Assembly: GCA_964106915.2 (NCBI GenBank)
Contig: OZ066918.1
Reading direction: 5' to 3' (one strand)
Length of the DNA: 64,000 nt
DNA from: Podarcis gaigeae
Lineage: Eukaryota
A program made the position numbers and the translations under genes. The notes below the pieces were generated by a model. It was not told the origin of the DNA and made no database searches. It worked only from the letters and a program-made list of their open reading frames with translations. Below are positions 26,450 through 39,369 of this stretch, piece by piece (the stretch's first letter is position 1; each line of letters begins with the position of its first letter).

Positions 26450-27491
26450 CTGTTAAGACTGTGTTCATGGAAGGCAATCTTACTCAGCTACGAGTGATCA
26501 CCAAAGAAGATAAGAGCACAAGGGAGGGAGGTGTTCATGGTGAGTTCCGGCACCTCTTTTTCTAGAAAAACAGTGCTGAGTAAGAGTTACCAGTTTACAC
26601 CCGCAGACAGTGTTTTGGTATGCTAAGTGAACATACTGAGAGGGACAATTACTTTCAACACAAGGAAAGATAACCCCAGCTGCAATTCAGTCTGAATTCA
26701 ATGAATAAATAATTCTGTGAATTCTCAGTGTAATTATTTAATCATGTTGGCTGCCCTCTCCTCCCCTCTAACTCAAACTAAAGTTTCCTATGATGTTGTG
26801 GAGTCTGCTGGGGGAAAGGTAGTTCTGTAGGTAGGTAGGTCATTTGGTATTGCTCAGTGAACTGTAAAGAGATCAGCACACAGACGTACCACACCCCAGC
26901 TATTGATGTGTGTACCTCCTAAGAAGCACACTTCAGAAGATTAAACTGAAATAATTTAAGAGATTTCACTTTTGGCTACAAAACCAGAAGCAACTAGAAG
27001 GCAAAGATTAATGGACATTTATATAAACACCTTTCTGCACCAAAAGAAACCTTCTCAGTTTAATGATGTGCAGCCACAGTTCTATTAAGGGAAACCTGGG
27101 CTGTTCTTTAAGACTGGCTCCAAAAAGCAGTAAATTTTATGTGTTTGACCAAGATGGGAAGCTTCATTTTTGTTTCTGTGCAGTTAACATCTGAGTTTTG
27201 TCAACCACACAAAGAGACTTGGGAAAGTATTTACTCATCCCAAGTCTCCTGTTTTAATTGCTGTGTTGTTTTAATGGAACTGCTTTACTTCCTTTATTTA
27301 AATTATGGATGTTTATATTTTAATGTTTTAATAGGATTTAATTAAATTATGGATGCTTATGTGTTAATGTTTGTGCCATTGACTTTTATACTTGTAAACT
27401 GCTTAGAAGCCTATTTTGGCAGTAAGAGGTATATCAGTAAAATAATAATAATTATATCACCAACCCACTATTCCTTGTTGCTCTATAAAAT

Positions 27492-27682
27492 GTAAAGGTA
27501 AAAGACCCCTGGATGGTTAAGTCTAGTCAAAGGCGACTATGGGATACAGCACTTATCTCGCTTTTCAGGCCTGGCATTTGTCCACAGACAGCTTTCCGGG
27601 TCATTTAGCCAGCATGACTAAACCACTTCTGTCACAACGGGACACCATGACAAGTGCCAGAGCACATGGAAATTCCGTTTAC
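27492..27682 (-). mobile_element. Truncated Sauria SINE (3' part)
   Basis: TAAAGGTAAA tail and TTTCCGGGTCAT.TAGCCAGC.TGAC...CCGTTTAC, homologous to the copy at 18653-19007. Confidence 0.75.
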
Positions 27683-27789
27683 TCTATACCTGCATATGGA
27701 ATGACTAAATAATTTCAAAGTCCATTTGTCTTCCTATTCTGTGATTTCCCCTAGACTGATGGCACTTAATTCTTCCTTAGCCTACTTAA

Positions 27790-29821
27790 ACGTTGGGCTT
27801 GTTTGCAGATGACCTGGTATTAACATTACAGGAGCCTGTCTCTAGTACTAAAAGAGTGTTAGAATTAATTTCGGACTTTGGTCGGGTGGCGGGATTTAAG
27901 CTGAACAAGCAAAAAACTAAGGTTATAGCAAAAAATTTGACAAGTACAGAAACAGATGAGTTTGTGAAAGAAACAGAATTAAATGTGGTTAAAAAAGTAA
28001 AATACCTAGGGGTGTATCTGACCTCCAAAAATTTGAATCTGTTTAAGGACAACTACGAGAAATGTTGGTTAGAAATCAAAAGAGATTTGGAAACATGGTC
28101 AAGATTGAAACTTTCCTTGTTGGGCCGAATAGCAGCTATAAAGATGAATGTATTGCCAAAAATGCTATTTCTGTTTCAGACCCTACAGGTCGTGGACAAG
28201 GTGGAATGCTTTGGAAAGTGGCAGAGGGATATTTCTAAGTTTGTTTGGCAGGGCAAAAAGCCCCAAATAAAGTTTAAGATACTAACTGATGCGAAAGAAA
28301 GAGGGGGATTTGCCCTGCCAGACTTGAGGTTATATTACGAAGCTGCAGCCTTCTGCTGGTTGAAAGATTGGATTTTACTGGAAAACACTGATGTCCTAGA
28401 TCTGGAAGGGTTTGACAATGCTTTTGGGTGGCATGCATATTTGTGGTATGACAAGGTTAAAGTGCACAAATTGTTTAAAAACCACATTGTCAGGAGAGCA
28501 ATTTTAATGGTCTGGACAAAATATAAAGACTTATTGGAGAGTAAGACTCCGAGGTGGCTCTCACCGGTGGAGGCCAAGGCACGTAAGAGACCTAATATGG
28601 AAGCCAATTGGCCTAAATATGGGGAAATTATTGAAAAGATTGGAGACAATTGGAGGTTGCAGAGCTTGGAAAAACTAAAAAACAAGGTGCGAGATTGGTT
28701 GCATTATGCACAAATTCAAGAGGTCTTTAAAGTAGATAACAAGGTTGGATTCCAGGTGGAAAAATCGAAACTAGAGACAGAATTGTTAGAACCAAAAAGT
28801 AAACTACTTTCGAGAATGTATAACCTGCTGCTTAAATGGAATACCCAGGATGAGACAGTCAAATCCGCCATGATAAAGTGGGCGCAGGATTTGGGGCATA
28901 ACATTATGTTCGAAGACTGGGAAAGGTTATGGAACACCGGAATGAAATTTACGGCATGTAGTGCCTTGAAGGAAAACATTATGAAAATGATATACCGGTG
29001 GTACATGACCCCAGTCAAGCTTGCTAAGATATATCACCTGTCTGATAATAAATGTTGGAAATGTAAAGAGGCGGAAGGGACATTCTTTCACCTTTGGTGG
29101 ACCTGCCCGAAAGTGAAGGCCTTCTGGGAAATGATTCATAATGAACTAAAAAAGGTACTGAGATTTACCTTACCTAAGAAACCAGAGGCCTTCCTTCTGG
29201 GCATGGTGGACCGGAGAGTGTTTAAGAAGGACAGAACTTTTTTTATGTATGCCACTACAGCAGCAAGGATTTTGATTGCAAAATATTGGAAGACACAAGA
29301 TTTACCCACACTGGAGGAATGGCACACGCAGTTGGTGGACTATATGGAACTGGCCGAAATGACTGGCAGAATCCGAGACTTGGGAGAAGAAACATTCGAG
29401 GAGGATTGGAGAAAATTTAAAGACTATTTGGAAAAACATTATAAGTTGTATGAATGTTAAAAAACGCACCTTTTAGGAAATTCTAGCTTCAGTAATGTTA
29501 AATTAAAGAAATGGAAATTAAGGTACAAGAAGTCAGAGATAGAATAATGAAACAACTTTATTGTGTTAAAATGAAAATGTACATGATTTGGGGTATAATA
29601 CATTTGAAATTGGGTAACATGATAAAAAGGAAGATACAATAAGTATTGAAATAAGTTAACAAATTGCAGACGTTATGTATGTTGGGAGGACGTGGGGAAG
29701 TCCAACAGATTTGGAAAAAAGAGTAAGAAAAATTTGTAACTTTTCTTTTTTACTTTTATAACACGTTCTTTATTCTTTTTTCTGTATTTTATAAAACTAA
29801 TAAAAAATATTATTAAAAAAA
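27790..29821 (+). mobile_element. L1 LINE, 5'-truncated, young copy
   Basis: ORF2 C-terminal half, 3' UTR, AATAAA (29799-29804) and A-rich tail. Confidence 0.93.
27793..29460 (+). CDS. L1 ORF2 remnant (RT C-terminal part plus CCHC zinc knuckle), 555 open codons, no genuine start
   Basis: FADD catalytic motif, KYLG, GGFALP, and CWKC-x8-H-x4-C (CWKCKEAEGTFFHLWWTC); the frame begins at the truncation point. Confidence 0.9.
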   Translation: MGLFADDLVLTLQEPVSSTKRVLELISDFGRVAGFKLNKQKTKVIAKNLTSTETDEFVKETELNVVKKVKYLGVYLTSKNLNLFKDNYEKCWLEIKRDLETWSRLKLSLLGRIAAIKMNVLPKMLFLFQTLQVVDKVECFGKWQRDISKFVWQGKKPQIKFKILTDAKERGGFALPDLRLYYEAAAFCWLKDWILLENTDVLDLEGFDNAFGWHAYLWYDKVKVHKLFKNHIVRRAILMVWTKYKDLLESKTPRWLSPVEAKARKRPNMEANWPKYGEIIEKIGDNWRLQSLEKLKNKVRDWLHYAQIQEVFKVDNKVGFQVEKSKLETELLEPKSKLLSRMYNLLLKWNTQDETVKSAMIKWAQDLGHNIMFEDWERLWNTGMKFTACSALKENIMKMIYRWYMTPVKLAKIYHLSDNKCWKCKEAEGTFFHLWWTCPKVKAFWEMIHNELKKVLRFTLPKKPEAFLLGMVDRRVFKKDRTFFMYATTAARILIAKYWKTQDLPTLEEWHTQLVDYMELAEMTGRIRDLGEETFEEDWRKFKDYLEKHYKLYEC

Positions 29822-30799
29822 GTCCTCCCCTCTACCCTAGCCACTGTGCCAAATATTGGTTTATTGCATTATAGCTCTCTTGTGGAATACCATCACAGAG
29901 AAGTCCTTGTTAGGACTAGATGTGGAACCTGGAGCTTTCAAGCTGGCTCCGACTATGGGCTGGTTTTAAATAACAGGCAACCCTTCTTTGGTTCAGTGAT
30001 AGAACAAAACACACTCTCTTGCAGTCTATTGTTCAGGATTTGTAGTCTATTGTTCAGGATTGAGGAGGCAAGAAGTGTAAAACATTTTGGATACGGGCAA
30101 GTGCCAAGGAAGTGATGGTTCATAAAATTATCCCAACAGGACTGAATTAGTTGTCGCTTCTGTGAGAAGCAAGGTGTCATTTAGAAGACAACAGCACATC
30201 AATAAAAAAGAAAAGGGATCATATCTAGTCTTGTTCAGCCTTTACATTATTGTGAGGCTGAAAATAGAGCAACAGGTTTCAAAGTGAAGCAGGACAGCAG
30301 GGAGCCAGCAAACTAGGCCAGATGTTTCAGGTAACCCTGGCAGTCCTGCTGTCTGGCGAGGGACTGGAATAATTCAGCATGGATAAAGATGCCAGAATCA
30401 AGCTTGCCATGGCCATTTTAAGAACAACTGAAACATTTTGAAGGCTGCTGCCTTATCCAGTTGTGGGGTTTTATATCCTTCAAATTGAAATCTCCCCTTG
30501 AAATCAGTAATTATCTGTGGAAATGGGAATTTTGAACAGATGTATTGGTAGTATAATCAAAGGTGAGGGAGAAGGTCCCTCCTGATCATCCATATGCTTC
30601 TTTTCTCCTTGTCTTTCCCCAAACGAGAGCCCCTGCAAATCCCATTAGTCAAAGCTAAGTAATTGATGGATTTTTGTTTCAGTCCATTTCAGCCTTTGAG
30701 CTATACTTGGAAATCAGGACTTAATCCCATAAACTCAGAGCACATGTGATGCCAAAAACATAGTGGGGTGAGGGAGGGGGGAATGAAGAAGAAGTCATG

Positions 30800-30885
30800 A
30801 CTCTAAACATGTTCATCTTTCAGGTGCCACAAGACTCTTTCCCCCTTTTGCTGCAACAGATGAACATGGCTACCCCCTGGAAATT
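30800..30885 (+). mobile_element. Degraded Penelope-like 3' remnant
   Basis: TCTTTCAGGTGCCACAAGACTCTT...AACATGGCTACCCC, resembling the tail of 26314-26449. Confidence 0.55.
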
Positions 30886-31109
30886 TTTGCCACTGTAATT
30901 TATGCACTTGCCCCTGCCCTGTCATTTATCCAACCTTTAAGGGTAGCTCTGGGTTGCTGATCAGACTGGGAGAACACTCTGTGCTTACATCTGTATGTGA
31001 TAGGGCACCTAATCTTATAATTAATAATCAGAGGCAGAGCATTTACTATCCCTCTCTCTACTTCCCTGCCTGGTATGCATTCACATTTATCTCTGAAATG
31101 GGCATTAGG

Positions 31110-32050
31110 TCAATGCTTTGTTCTTCTTCTTTGGCCAGCACTCTTAGCTGAGTAAGATTGTCCTACATGAACATGGTCTTAAAGGTGTGTCCGTAAGTGA
31201 CTGTGGAGGCCAGTTCTGGATCCACATATCCTTCCACAGTGGAGACAAAGGTTTCCGAGCAGGAGTTGATCATGCTGAGGAATTGCCACACTTGCCTTCC
31301 TCTTAGCTCATTTCTCCCTTTTGTCCTTCTTCAAAGTACTTTAGTAGAGGCTATTCTCCAATTGGAGCTCATGCAGAGCAGTGTTTTCCAATTATCTGTG
31401 CTTATACTGCATTTTTAAAGATTTGCCTTGAGAGTGTCTTTAAACCTTTTTTGTTGCCCACTGGCATTCTGCTTTCCATTCTTAAGCTGGGAATAGAGCA
31501 GTTGCTTTGGAAAACGATAATCAGGCACCTGAAAAATATGACCAGTCCAACGAAGTTGATGTTGAAGAATCATTGCTTGAAAGCTGGTGATCTTTACTTC
31601 TTCCAGTACACTGATGTTAGTTCACCTGCCTTCCCACGTGGGAATTGTCAAAGACAGGGGGAGAGAAGCTCGGAGTTCTGATACCCCCACTGCTACTGTA
31701 AGTGAAGAACATCGGCATTTGAACAATATCTGGTAGCACGGAGCTGACCTAGCCTGGATCTTGCTGGGGAATGCAACCAGGGAGGTCAACAGGGAATCAA
31801 GCCGGGTGCCTGGGAAAGTTGCCAGTTTCTCCTGATAAAGGCTTGATTTCCAACAGGAATGTCCTGGTCCTCAAACACTCTGCACCTAACTGGGGGAAAG
31901 CTGCACCCACATCTCAGGTGATACTGGATTTCGGCATCGATGTCGGCCCTTGTAGAAAGATTAACTGCCTTGGTAGGAAAAGTGATCAACACTTTCAAAT
32001 GTTGGAAAGTGCTGATCACAATGCTTTATAGCCCGCTGTGGGAGACAGGG
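31110..32050 (-). mobile_element. RTE-clade LINE fragment (old, non-BovB), internally disrupted
   Basis: Minus-strand peptides LSTRADIDAEIQY..RVFEDQDI and QLRWTGHIFQVPDYRFPKQLLYSQLKNG..QKRFKDTLKANL, typical of the RTE ORF C-terminus; stops and frameshifts present. Confidence 0.8.
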
Positions 32051-32275
32051 CACTGTAAGAAGCTGCAGTTGGTGTGGCAGTTGATGGGTTTGTGGGGCAA
32101 TAAAGAGATGAATCATATCCTTTTTGCAACCACAAAGAGGCAGTGGTGGAAGGAGGAATAGCTTAGCAAGCAGTGTGCAAGCACCTAGCTACTCTTGCAT
32201 TAGAATCACCCAGGAGGATAATTTTATCTTCTTTAGTCATCCTTGATAGGATACAATCCAGCTGAGAATAAAAAA

Positions 32276-32484
32276 GGGCAGTTCCACACCATGCATTTAA
32301 AACATATCCAATACATATTTAAAGCACAATGCTTGCCCACAAATAATCTTGGGAACTGTAGTTTCCCTTTTGCAGAGCCAGAACTCTGAGCATTCTTAAA
32401 TGAAAGCTCCCAGGATTTTTGGAGGAAGCCATTTACTTTAAATGTGCATCAGATGTGCTGTAACTGTGCTGTGCGGCTCTGCCC
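32276..32484. mobile_element. Palindromic MITE (PIF/Harbinger-like)
   Basis: GGGCAGTTCCACACCATGCATTTAAA...CTCTGCCC termini; TGGGAACTGTAGTTT core. Confidence 0.55.
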
Positions 32485-32831
32485 CGAGTTTCCTCTTACT
32501 GTCACCTCTGCCTCCTAGCCTCCTCCTTTGATTGTATGTGCCGTGGTTCATGAGTCCCACAGGTGAACCGCCTCACTCAACTGCACAGCAGAAAACTGGA
32601 ATGTGAAGAGAGGAAGAAAGTCATGCTATCTCAGGTCTTTGCTACAGGTAAATTTGCCAATTTCTTAATCACTTTGCACCACCATTTTGCCATAAGTTGT
32701 TCCTCTGCCATTACTGTTCTTTCACACACATTGCATAGATTAATGAAATTATCCCTTGTGTAGGATAAAAAGCCATATTTGTTGCAGCTCTGGCAGCTTC
32801 TAAGCCCCTATGGTTGCCTCCTTTCAGAGTA

Positions 32832-33072
32832 CAGTTGTACCTTGGGTTAAGTACTTAATTCGTCCCAGAGGTCCGTTCTTGACCTGAAATTGTTATTAAC
32901 CTGAAGCACCACTTTAGCTAATGGGGCCTCCTGCTGCCGCCGCGCCGCCGGAACACAATTTCTGTTCTCATCCTGAAGCAAAGTTCTTAACCTGAAGCAC
33001 TATTTCTGGGTTAGTGAAGTCTGTAACTGAAGTGTATGTAACCTGAAGCGTATTTAACCCGAGGTACCACTG
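32832..33072. mobile_element. Tigger-like (TcMar) MITE
   Basis: CAGTTGTACCTTGGGTTAA / TTAACCCGAGGTACCACTG TIRs, TA TSD, internal TAACCTGAAG repeats. Confidence 0.9.
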
Positions 33073-36000
33073 TACAGTACTTCTCAGTAGTACTGATGCA
33101 TTTAGCCATTGTGATTTACCAGTCATTTGAAATGGGAGTGGAGACGGGTTCTCTACACAAAGGGAGGAAACATATATAAGAACCTACACTTTCCATACAA
33201 CAGTAAGCCAACCAGCAGGGAATCACAAGCAAGACTAATTTTAAAAGATAGTACAAATTATAACAAAGGCTATTACATTTTTTAGCATGCAGGAGATAAG
33301 AGGGAAAGTGTCAAAGAGCACAAATGTTTTCTAGTAAGACGGCAGATAAAATTAAATCATGATTTAATAGAGGAGCAACAGAAAGGCTCTTAAGTGAACT
33401 CACATGAACTTGCTGAGTGATAATCTTGTTCAAGTACTGAGAAAGAAACTGTACCATTACATATGGTGGTTGACCTCATGACACTCACTTATTTTGAATA
33501 TGTAGAGCTATTTTTTTAGGGAAGTGCAGCATAGATTAAAAGGTGGGGTTCTGTGTCAAGATCTCCAGCTTGAGAGCTAGCAGCAGCATATTTCAAGACG
33601 GAGGCTTATTTCATTCAAGAATGTGTTTGCATCAGGGATGTTTTAAAGAAAATAAAGTCTTCCCCAAGAACTCCAGATTGCATAACATGATTATTTAAGA
33701 TTGACACTTTTATATATTTATATAGAAATGCTCACATTAATTTCAACTATATGAAAACATATAAATATTTATTTCAAGTGGGGAATACTAATCCATTTTC
33801 TTCCTCGTTTTGAAATAAGATTATTTTTTTAAAAAAATCCTCTGGAAGGCTTACATTAAGAAAATGAAAAAATAGTTTCTGCCCGATTGCAATCTCTGTG
33901 GGAGCTCCAACACATACGCAGGGTCTTTCCTCAAGCAGGTGCTTTCTATTGACTTCTGGGTCAGGAATAAGGGCAAAAGTTCATGCAAAGCTTTCCCTGG
34001 CACGCAAATGAATGAAACCCAGCCTTGAGCATGATGTGCACATGCACTGTCATTCCTACATGTGTAGGGAATTTCTAGATCAGGGTTCTTAGCTCAAAAA
34101 ATAGATTAATATTTCTACCAGCAATATATTGCATAGGTTTTGAACAGGCGTTGTTCAAATAATTTCTGATTCAAATTGCACACAGTCAATAATTTCATAT
34201 ACAGAAATAATTTGATTTCCATGCTATTTTTTGGTTTCCATCTCTACCTTACAAATGAACTTCAGGAAACGAATCCTAAAGAAAGGACTCTTCTGCAAGT
34301 GGTTCTCTTACATATTGTCCACAACACATTGTAGACCCCAGAGCCACACTTATAGAGGCCTTCTGCAGCTTCCAAACACCAAATTAACCACAGTGTTACT
34401 CATCCTCCATTGGCCTGAATTTCCTAGCATCTACAGAAGGGAGATGATGCTGGTGGTCTTGCCCCCACAGGCATATACTACAAATATATGTCACATGAAC
34501 CATGAACAGTCTCTATATGGTTACAGAGAAGATCACTGGATTTACCAATGTATGCATCCACCCACCATGGCAGTAGAACTTGTGTCAGCATCTGAAACAG
34601 AGTATCAAGAATGTTAAGGTACTGGCAACTTCTTCAGAGAATTGTTTGTGCACAGGTCATAGTCATGCACTCATCCATGGAAGCTTGAGTCCAGTTTAGA
34701 ATTCCATATTTCATGGGTTGGTCCACCAGAGTGTTGTCAGTTCCCATATTTTTGTCGTAAGTGTGTGCAGAAATGGAGATGGCTCCAGCAGTTGGAAAAT
34801 GTGAATGTGAACCTTTGGAGTCCTCTCACTGGATTCTGACTCATGGCATTCCTTCAAGTCCAGATGTGTTCACAACAGCACCATAACATTCATGGCTCTA
34901 TATGCTGAATCCAGATGGTATAGAATTGCCAGTAGTGACTGAATTGGATGCCTTTCAGCCTCTTATATGACCCATCATTGAAAGTCACTAATAAAGAGAA
35001 AACTCAATAGCACTGGTGTGATAAAGTGAACACTATTAATTAGAAAAGCAACTTCATCATGCTCATTAGAACTGAATGCAAAGAAAGTAAGTAAGTGCAT
35101 AACTGGGGGTGGAAGAAAAGAAATTATATTACCAGACCAATCCATTTCTTCATGGAAATTTTGTTTTTGTGTTAGTTAGTAATTAGTATGAATAATGCTG
35201 ACTGTATTTAAATGTTGCGGATAGGAAGACAAATAGAGTAGATGATAGCAAGCAGATGAATCATTTAATTTATTTTCCAATTACAGCTGACATGTTGGGT
35301 ATAGAAATATGCAAATCATTTATTATTTTTATGGTCCGTTTACAGCTGTGTTTATTGTTATAATAAATAAGTATATTAGCTCATTAGGTTGATACTGTAA
35401 AAGCCTTATGATAAACAAATATTGCATTTTCTTAATACCTCTCTTTCCTCCCACACTTGTAAATTGTTAAAACAATACAGAGGTGGCTGTTGTTATTGTT
35501 ATTAACCCACTCTTCAATGTCCTAGGACATGGCAACACAAAATTTAAAACAATTTAAAACTTATAATCACAAGATTAGGCGGGTCCTAAAACTATACACC
35601 TCAAGTGTCAAAAGCCAGAATTACCTTCATCCATTTTTAAAATTTCATTCCACTTTTGGCCGCTTACTGTTGCAGACAGGCAACCCACTTACACGTGACA
35701 TACTCCTGATTGACCTTGTATATGCGTGTCACCAGGAAATAAATAAGTAAACAGATTCCAACCAGGAAATGGTGGGAGAAAGCTGGAGAGTCCTTGTGGC
35801 TCACGAGGAGAACTTCCCCAGAACCCTAAGAGGACTTCAGTGAGAGCGGAGGAAGCCACAAAGCGACTAGAGGTACAGCATGGCTTTGTTTAGGCTGGTC
35901 AGCCTTCCTGCCTAGCAGCTGACATGTGGGAGAGCGCAGCAGCAGCAGCCACTTTCCCGTGTGTCCTCCAGGCAGCCCCAGAGCTACAAATCTAGTTGAA

Positions 36001-37715
36001 GAGAGAGTTGTGTGGAGAGAGAGTGAGAGAGCGAGAGCTGGGAATCAGGAAAAATGGTTGTTTAGAGGCTTTGTAGAGGGTGCTCCCCACTTATGCGCAC
36101 AGGGGCCCAGAATATAACCCCCACTTATGTGTACTGCCTTTCTGTATTGCTATACACAAGACAGTTTACAAGCTTAAGAAACAACAAAATACACAATAGA
36201 GACCACACATCTTATAACAATATGATCCAATACAAATAAGTCATATTAAAAATATGAGTTAAAATAAACTTATATCAAATAATGTAATATTCAACAATTC
36301 ATTAGAATATAATAGTACACAATAAAATTAACTCTCATAATATCAGCAAGTAATATAATAATAAAATTTTGTTTGGGGTCTAAAGACAAAGCATTTTTAC
36401 ATTTTTGGAGCTGGCTAGCTGAAGCTGTCTTGGGGACCTGGGAAGATACTGTTGTATTTGAAGAATGATAATGCCTCAAAACTAACAAGGGCTTCCTGTG
36501 AACCTACTTGCCTCCCGTCTGCTGTATGTCCAAATTGCAATTATATCACAATTGCCCAGTGTATTCTGTTTTGAGGGGTTTCCTTTGTCTTTATTGCATC
36601 AGACGGTTTTAAAAATGCATTTGTCATTATTTCTCTCTCTAGGGCATAAATCTTCATTGCAAATAAACATCTGTGACCACAGATCAGCAATAAACTTTAA
36701 TGTGTTTAGATTTTAGGCTGCGTATAAAGCAACCATCTGAGCTATGAATCCCCCCCCCCCTTCCTCATATGGAGCAAGCAACTGAAATGGTAAAGTTTAA
36801 ATACTATTATTTATGTAGAGTGACAGGTATTATATATATTTTTTGAATCCAAATTGCCCTGCCCCCATAATGCATTATCACCAGAAAGCAAAATGGGATT
36901 ATTTCAGGACACGTGCTGAACTTGGGTTAGCACTTGAGTAAAGATTGTAAGTACAAAATAGATGTGTATATAATAAACATTTTGAAGGGCAAATTTGTGC
37001 AGAAGCTGTGACTTCTAAAAGGAGTCAAGGAAGCAAGAACTGGGTCCCTGTTTAGCATTCAGCACTACAGCACATATAGTATATCACAAACTGGGCCTTG
37101 TTTGATCCAACACATAGCTCCCAAAGCTGATGTCTCTTGAATTAAATAAACAGAACACAAAATACTGAGTGATGAGCATCCCATTGTTACACATGAAAAG
37201 CCCTGTATTGTGTTGACCTAGAGAGCCAATATTGTTGCAAGCAACATATCATCAGCAATTTTCAAAAGCTCTGATTTTGCAGAGGGCAACAGGTGCCACT
37301 AGTGCAATGAGACTTTCCCCACTGCACTTTCCCCACTGTCAGTGGGCCAGGGGAACCCCCCAGAACAGCACATGGGATGAGGAGAAAGGAGATCATTCCA
37401 ACAAACAAGCTGAAGGAACATTTGTGTTAGTGTGATGTTGAATTCCTCCTAGTATTTCCAGCATGGTTGCACCATAGATTTGTATAGTTGCATATGAGAC
37501 TGGTAGGTTTATTTTCTTCTTGAAAGAGGAAGTTCAGTAGGCACCAAAAAGACAAAGGTGATGGCACCTGCCAAATATGTAATTGGAGGGGATTCCAGAA
37601 GGTGGACACCATCATACTAAATGTCCGATTCCTATATCATAGGGAACAGACCTCCTAAGAAGATGGTATCTGTAGGAGGTTCTTTCCTACAGAATGCAGT
37701 GATCCATTGGGTATA

Positions 37716-37940
37716 CAGTGGTACCTTGGGTTAAGAATTTAATTTGTTCCAGAGGTCTGTTCTTAACCTGAAGCACCACTTTAGCTAATGGGGCCTCCTG
37801 CTGCCGCTATGCCACTACCACCCGATTTCTGTTCTCATTCTGAAGTAAAGTTCTTAACCCGAGGCACTATTTCTGGGTTAGCGGAGTCTGTAACCTGAAG
37901 TGTCTGTAACCTGAAGCGTCTGTAGCCCGAGGTACCACTG
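37716..37940. mobile_element. Tigger-like MITE (same family as 32832-33072)
   Basis: CAGTGGTACCTTGGG / CCCGAGGTACCACTG TIRs, TA TSD, near-colinear with 32832-33072. Confidence 0.9.
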
Positions 37941-38957
37941 TATAATGAGGCGATCTTTTAAGTGGAAATATAGAGATATATGCAAAGGAACTTGCTAAAT
38001 AGCATGTTCTATAGACAACAGAAGGAACAAACAAACCGGAAACTTGCCAGCATTTCCCATAGAACCTATACACTGGTCCACCCTGTAACATTTTAGCATA
38101 GACAACCAATTTATTCTGAAATAATGAAAAGATTTGAGAACAAAATTTCAAAAAATGGAGGATCCATGTAACTGGAGAGAAGAGTTGCAAAGTGCCGTTC
38201 TTTTGAAACTTACTTGGTTGTAGGTAGTATTTAAGTGAAGCTGTAAATGAGTTGTTTTCTTCTCATCCTAGAAGGAGCCAACAGAGGAGCTGTGCTGTAA
38301 TGGAAGAAAACATCCAGCTTAAATCCCAACTTGCCTCCATGCCCCAAAGAGGAATCAATGCTGGTATACTAGGAGTAGTACAAGCAAATCTTTAGAATGT
38401 TCCAAATCACCTAACAAGAGCGGTAATTTCATCTGTGACAGGAGAGGTTTATAATTTGAAACCATAAAACACATTCCTGACACAAGACTTATGTTTACCA
38501 TCATATAGTCTTTCAGTGAATATTTAGTACTGGTGAATCATGGTTTCTTTCTTTTTTCTTTTTGTAAGCACAGCAACACTAGAATGGCTCATTCACTCCC
38601 ATCATTCCTATTAGAAGAATAATAGGATATAGCAGTTACCTGTATTGTCCTGACTTGTTAGTAAATTGAAAAGGATGCTGCTATTTACTCCATCAGAATG
38701 TGTTTCATAAGTTACAATGGCTACAAAATTGTTTCATATGGACCGAGACTTCTATTTCTTTCTCTTTTGAAGGCAGGTCTGGTTTGAAAATGGCTTTTGC
38801 AAGATAGAGTTAAGAGGGGGATATTAAGGTCTTGCACATGGTAAAGACATTTTTAATCCCTACCATCAAGTATCAATGCATGCGCCTAGCGTTTGTGAGG
38901 CACAATAATAGCAGGGATGGTGTATTGTGTACCAGATGAGGTTGGAGGTTGAAAAAA

Positions 38958-38958
<1 letters not shown>

Positions 38959-38990
<32 letters not shown>
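38959..38990. repeat. (AC)n microsatellite
   Basis: Perfect dinucleotide run. Confidence 0.95.
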
Positions 38991-38992
<2 letters not shown>

Positions 38993-39369
38993 AACAACCT
39001 TGAATCAAAAGGCAGTGAAAAGGTTAATATATGGTTAAGAGAACACCATTTGTGTTTGCAATTCTTAGAACACCTTGGCATTTGAAATAATAAAATATCT
39101 CTCTCCTTTGAATTGCCATTAACATTTTGATTTTAATAGTGCATTACTGTGCCCAGCTGTCTGTGTTTAACTTTGAAGGATGCTATATTTGCGATTTTTC
39201 TGGTATTTAAGGTTTGTGTTCATTCATGTCATTCACCACCTTGTTCACGAAAGCATTATCTGCACACATGCAAAACATTCAGAACTTTCATCCATTGGTC
39301 ATACGGCACTTACATTCAAGAGAGCCAAATGTAAGCTTCGGCATTTGAGGAGGAGGGCAAATGCACAGT

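Noticed and set aside
34450-34990. Segment that looks like a decayed retroelement or viral coding remnant
   Set aside because: I could not recover any diagnostic RT, integrase or viral motif in any frame. BLASTx would be needed.
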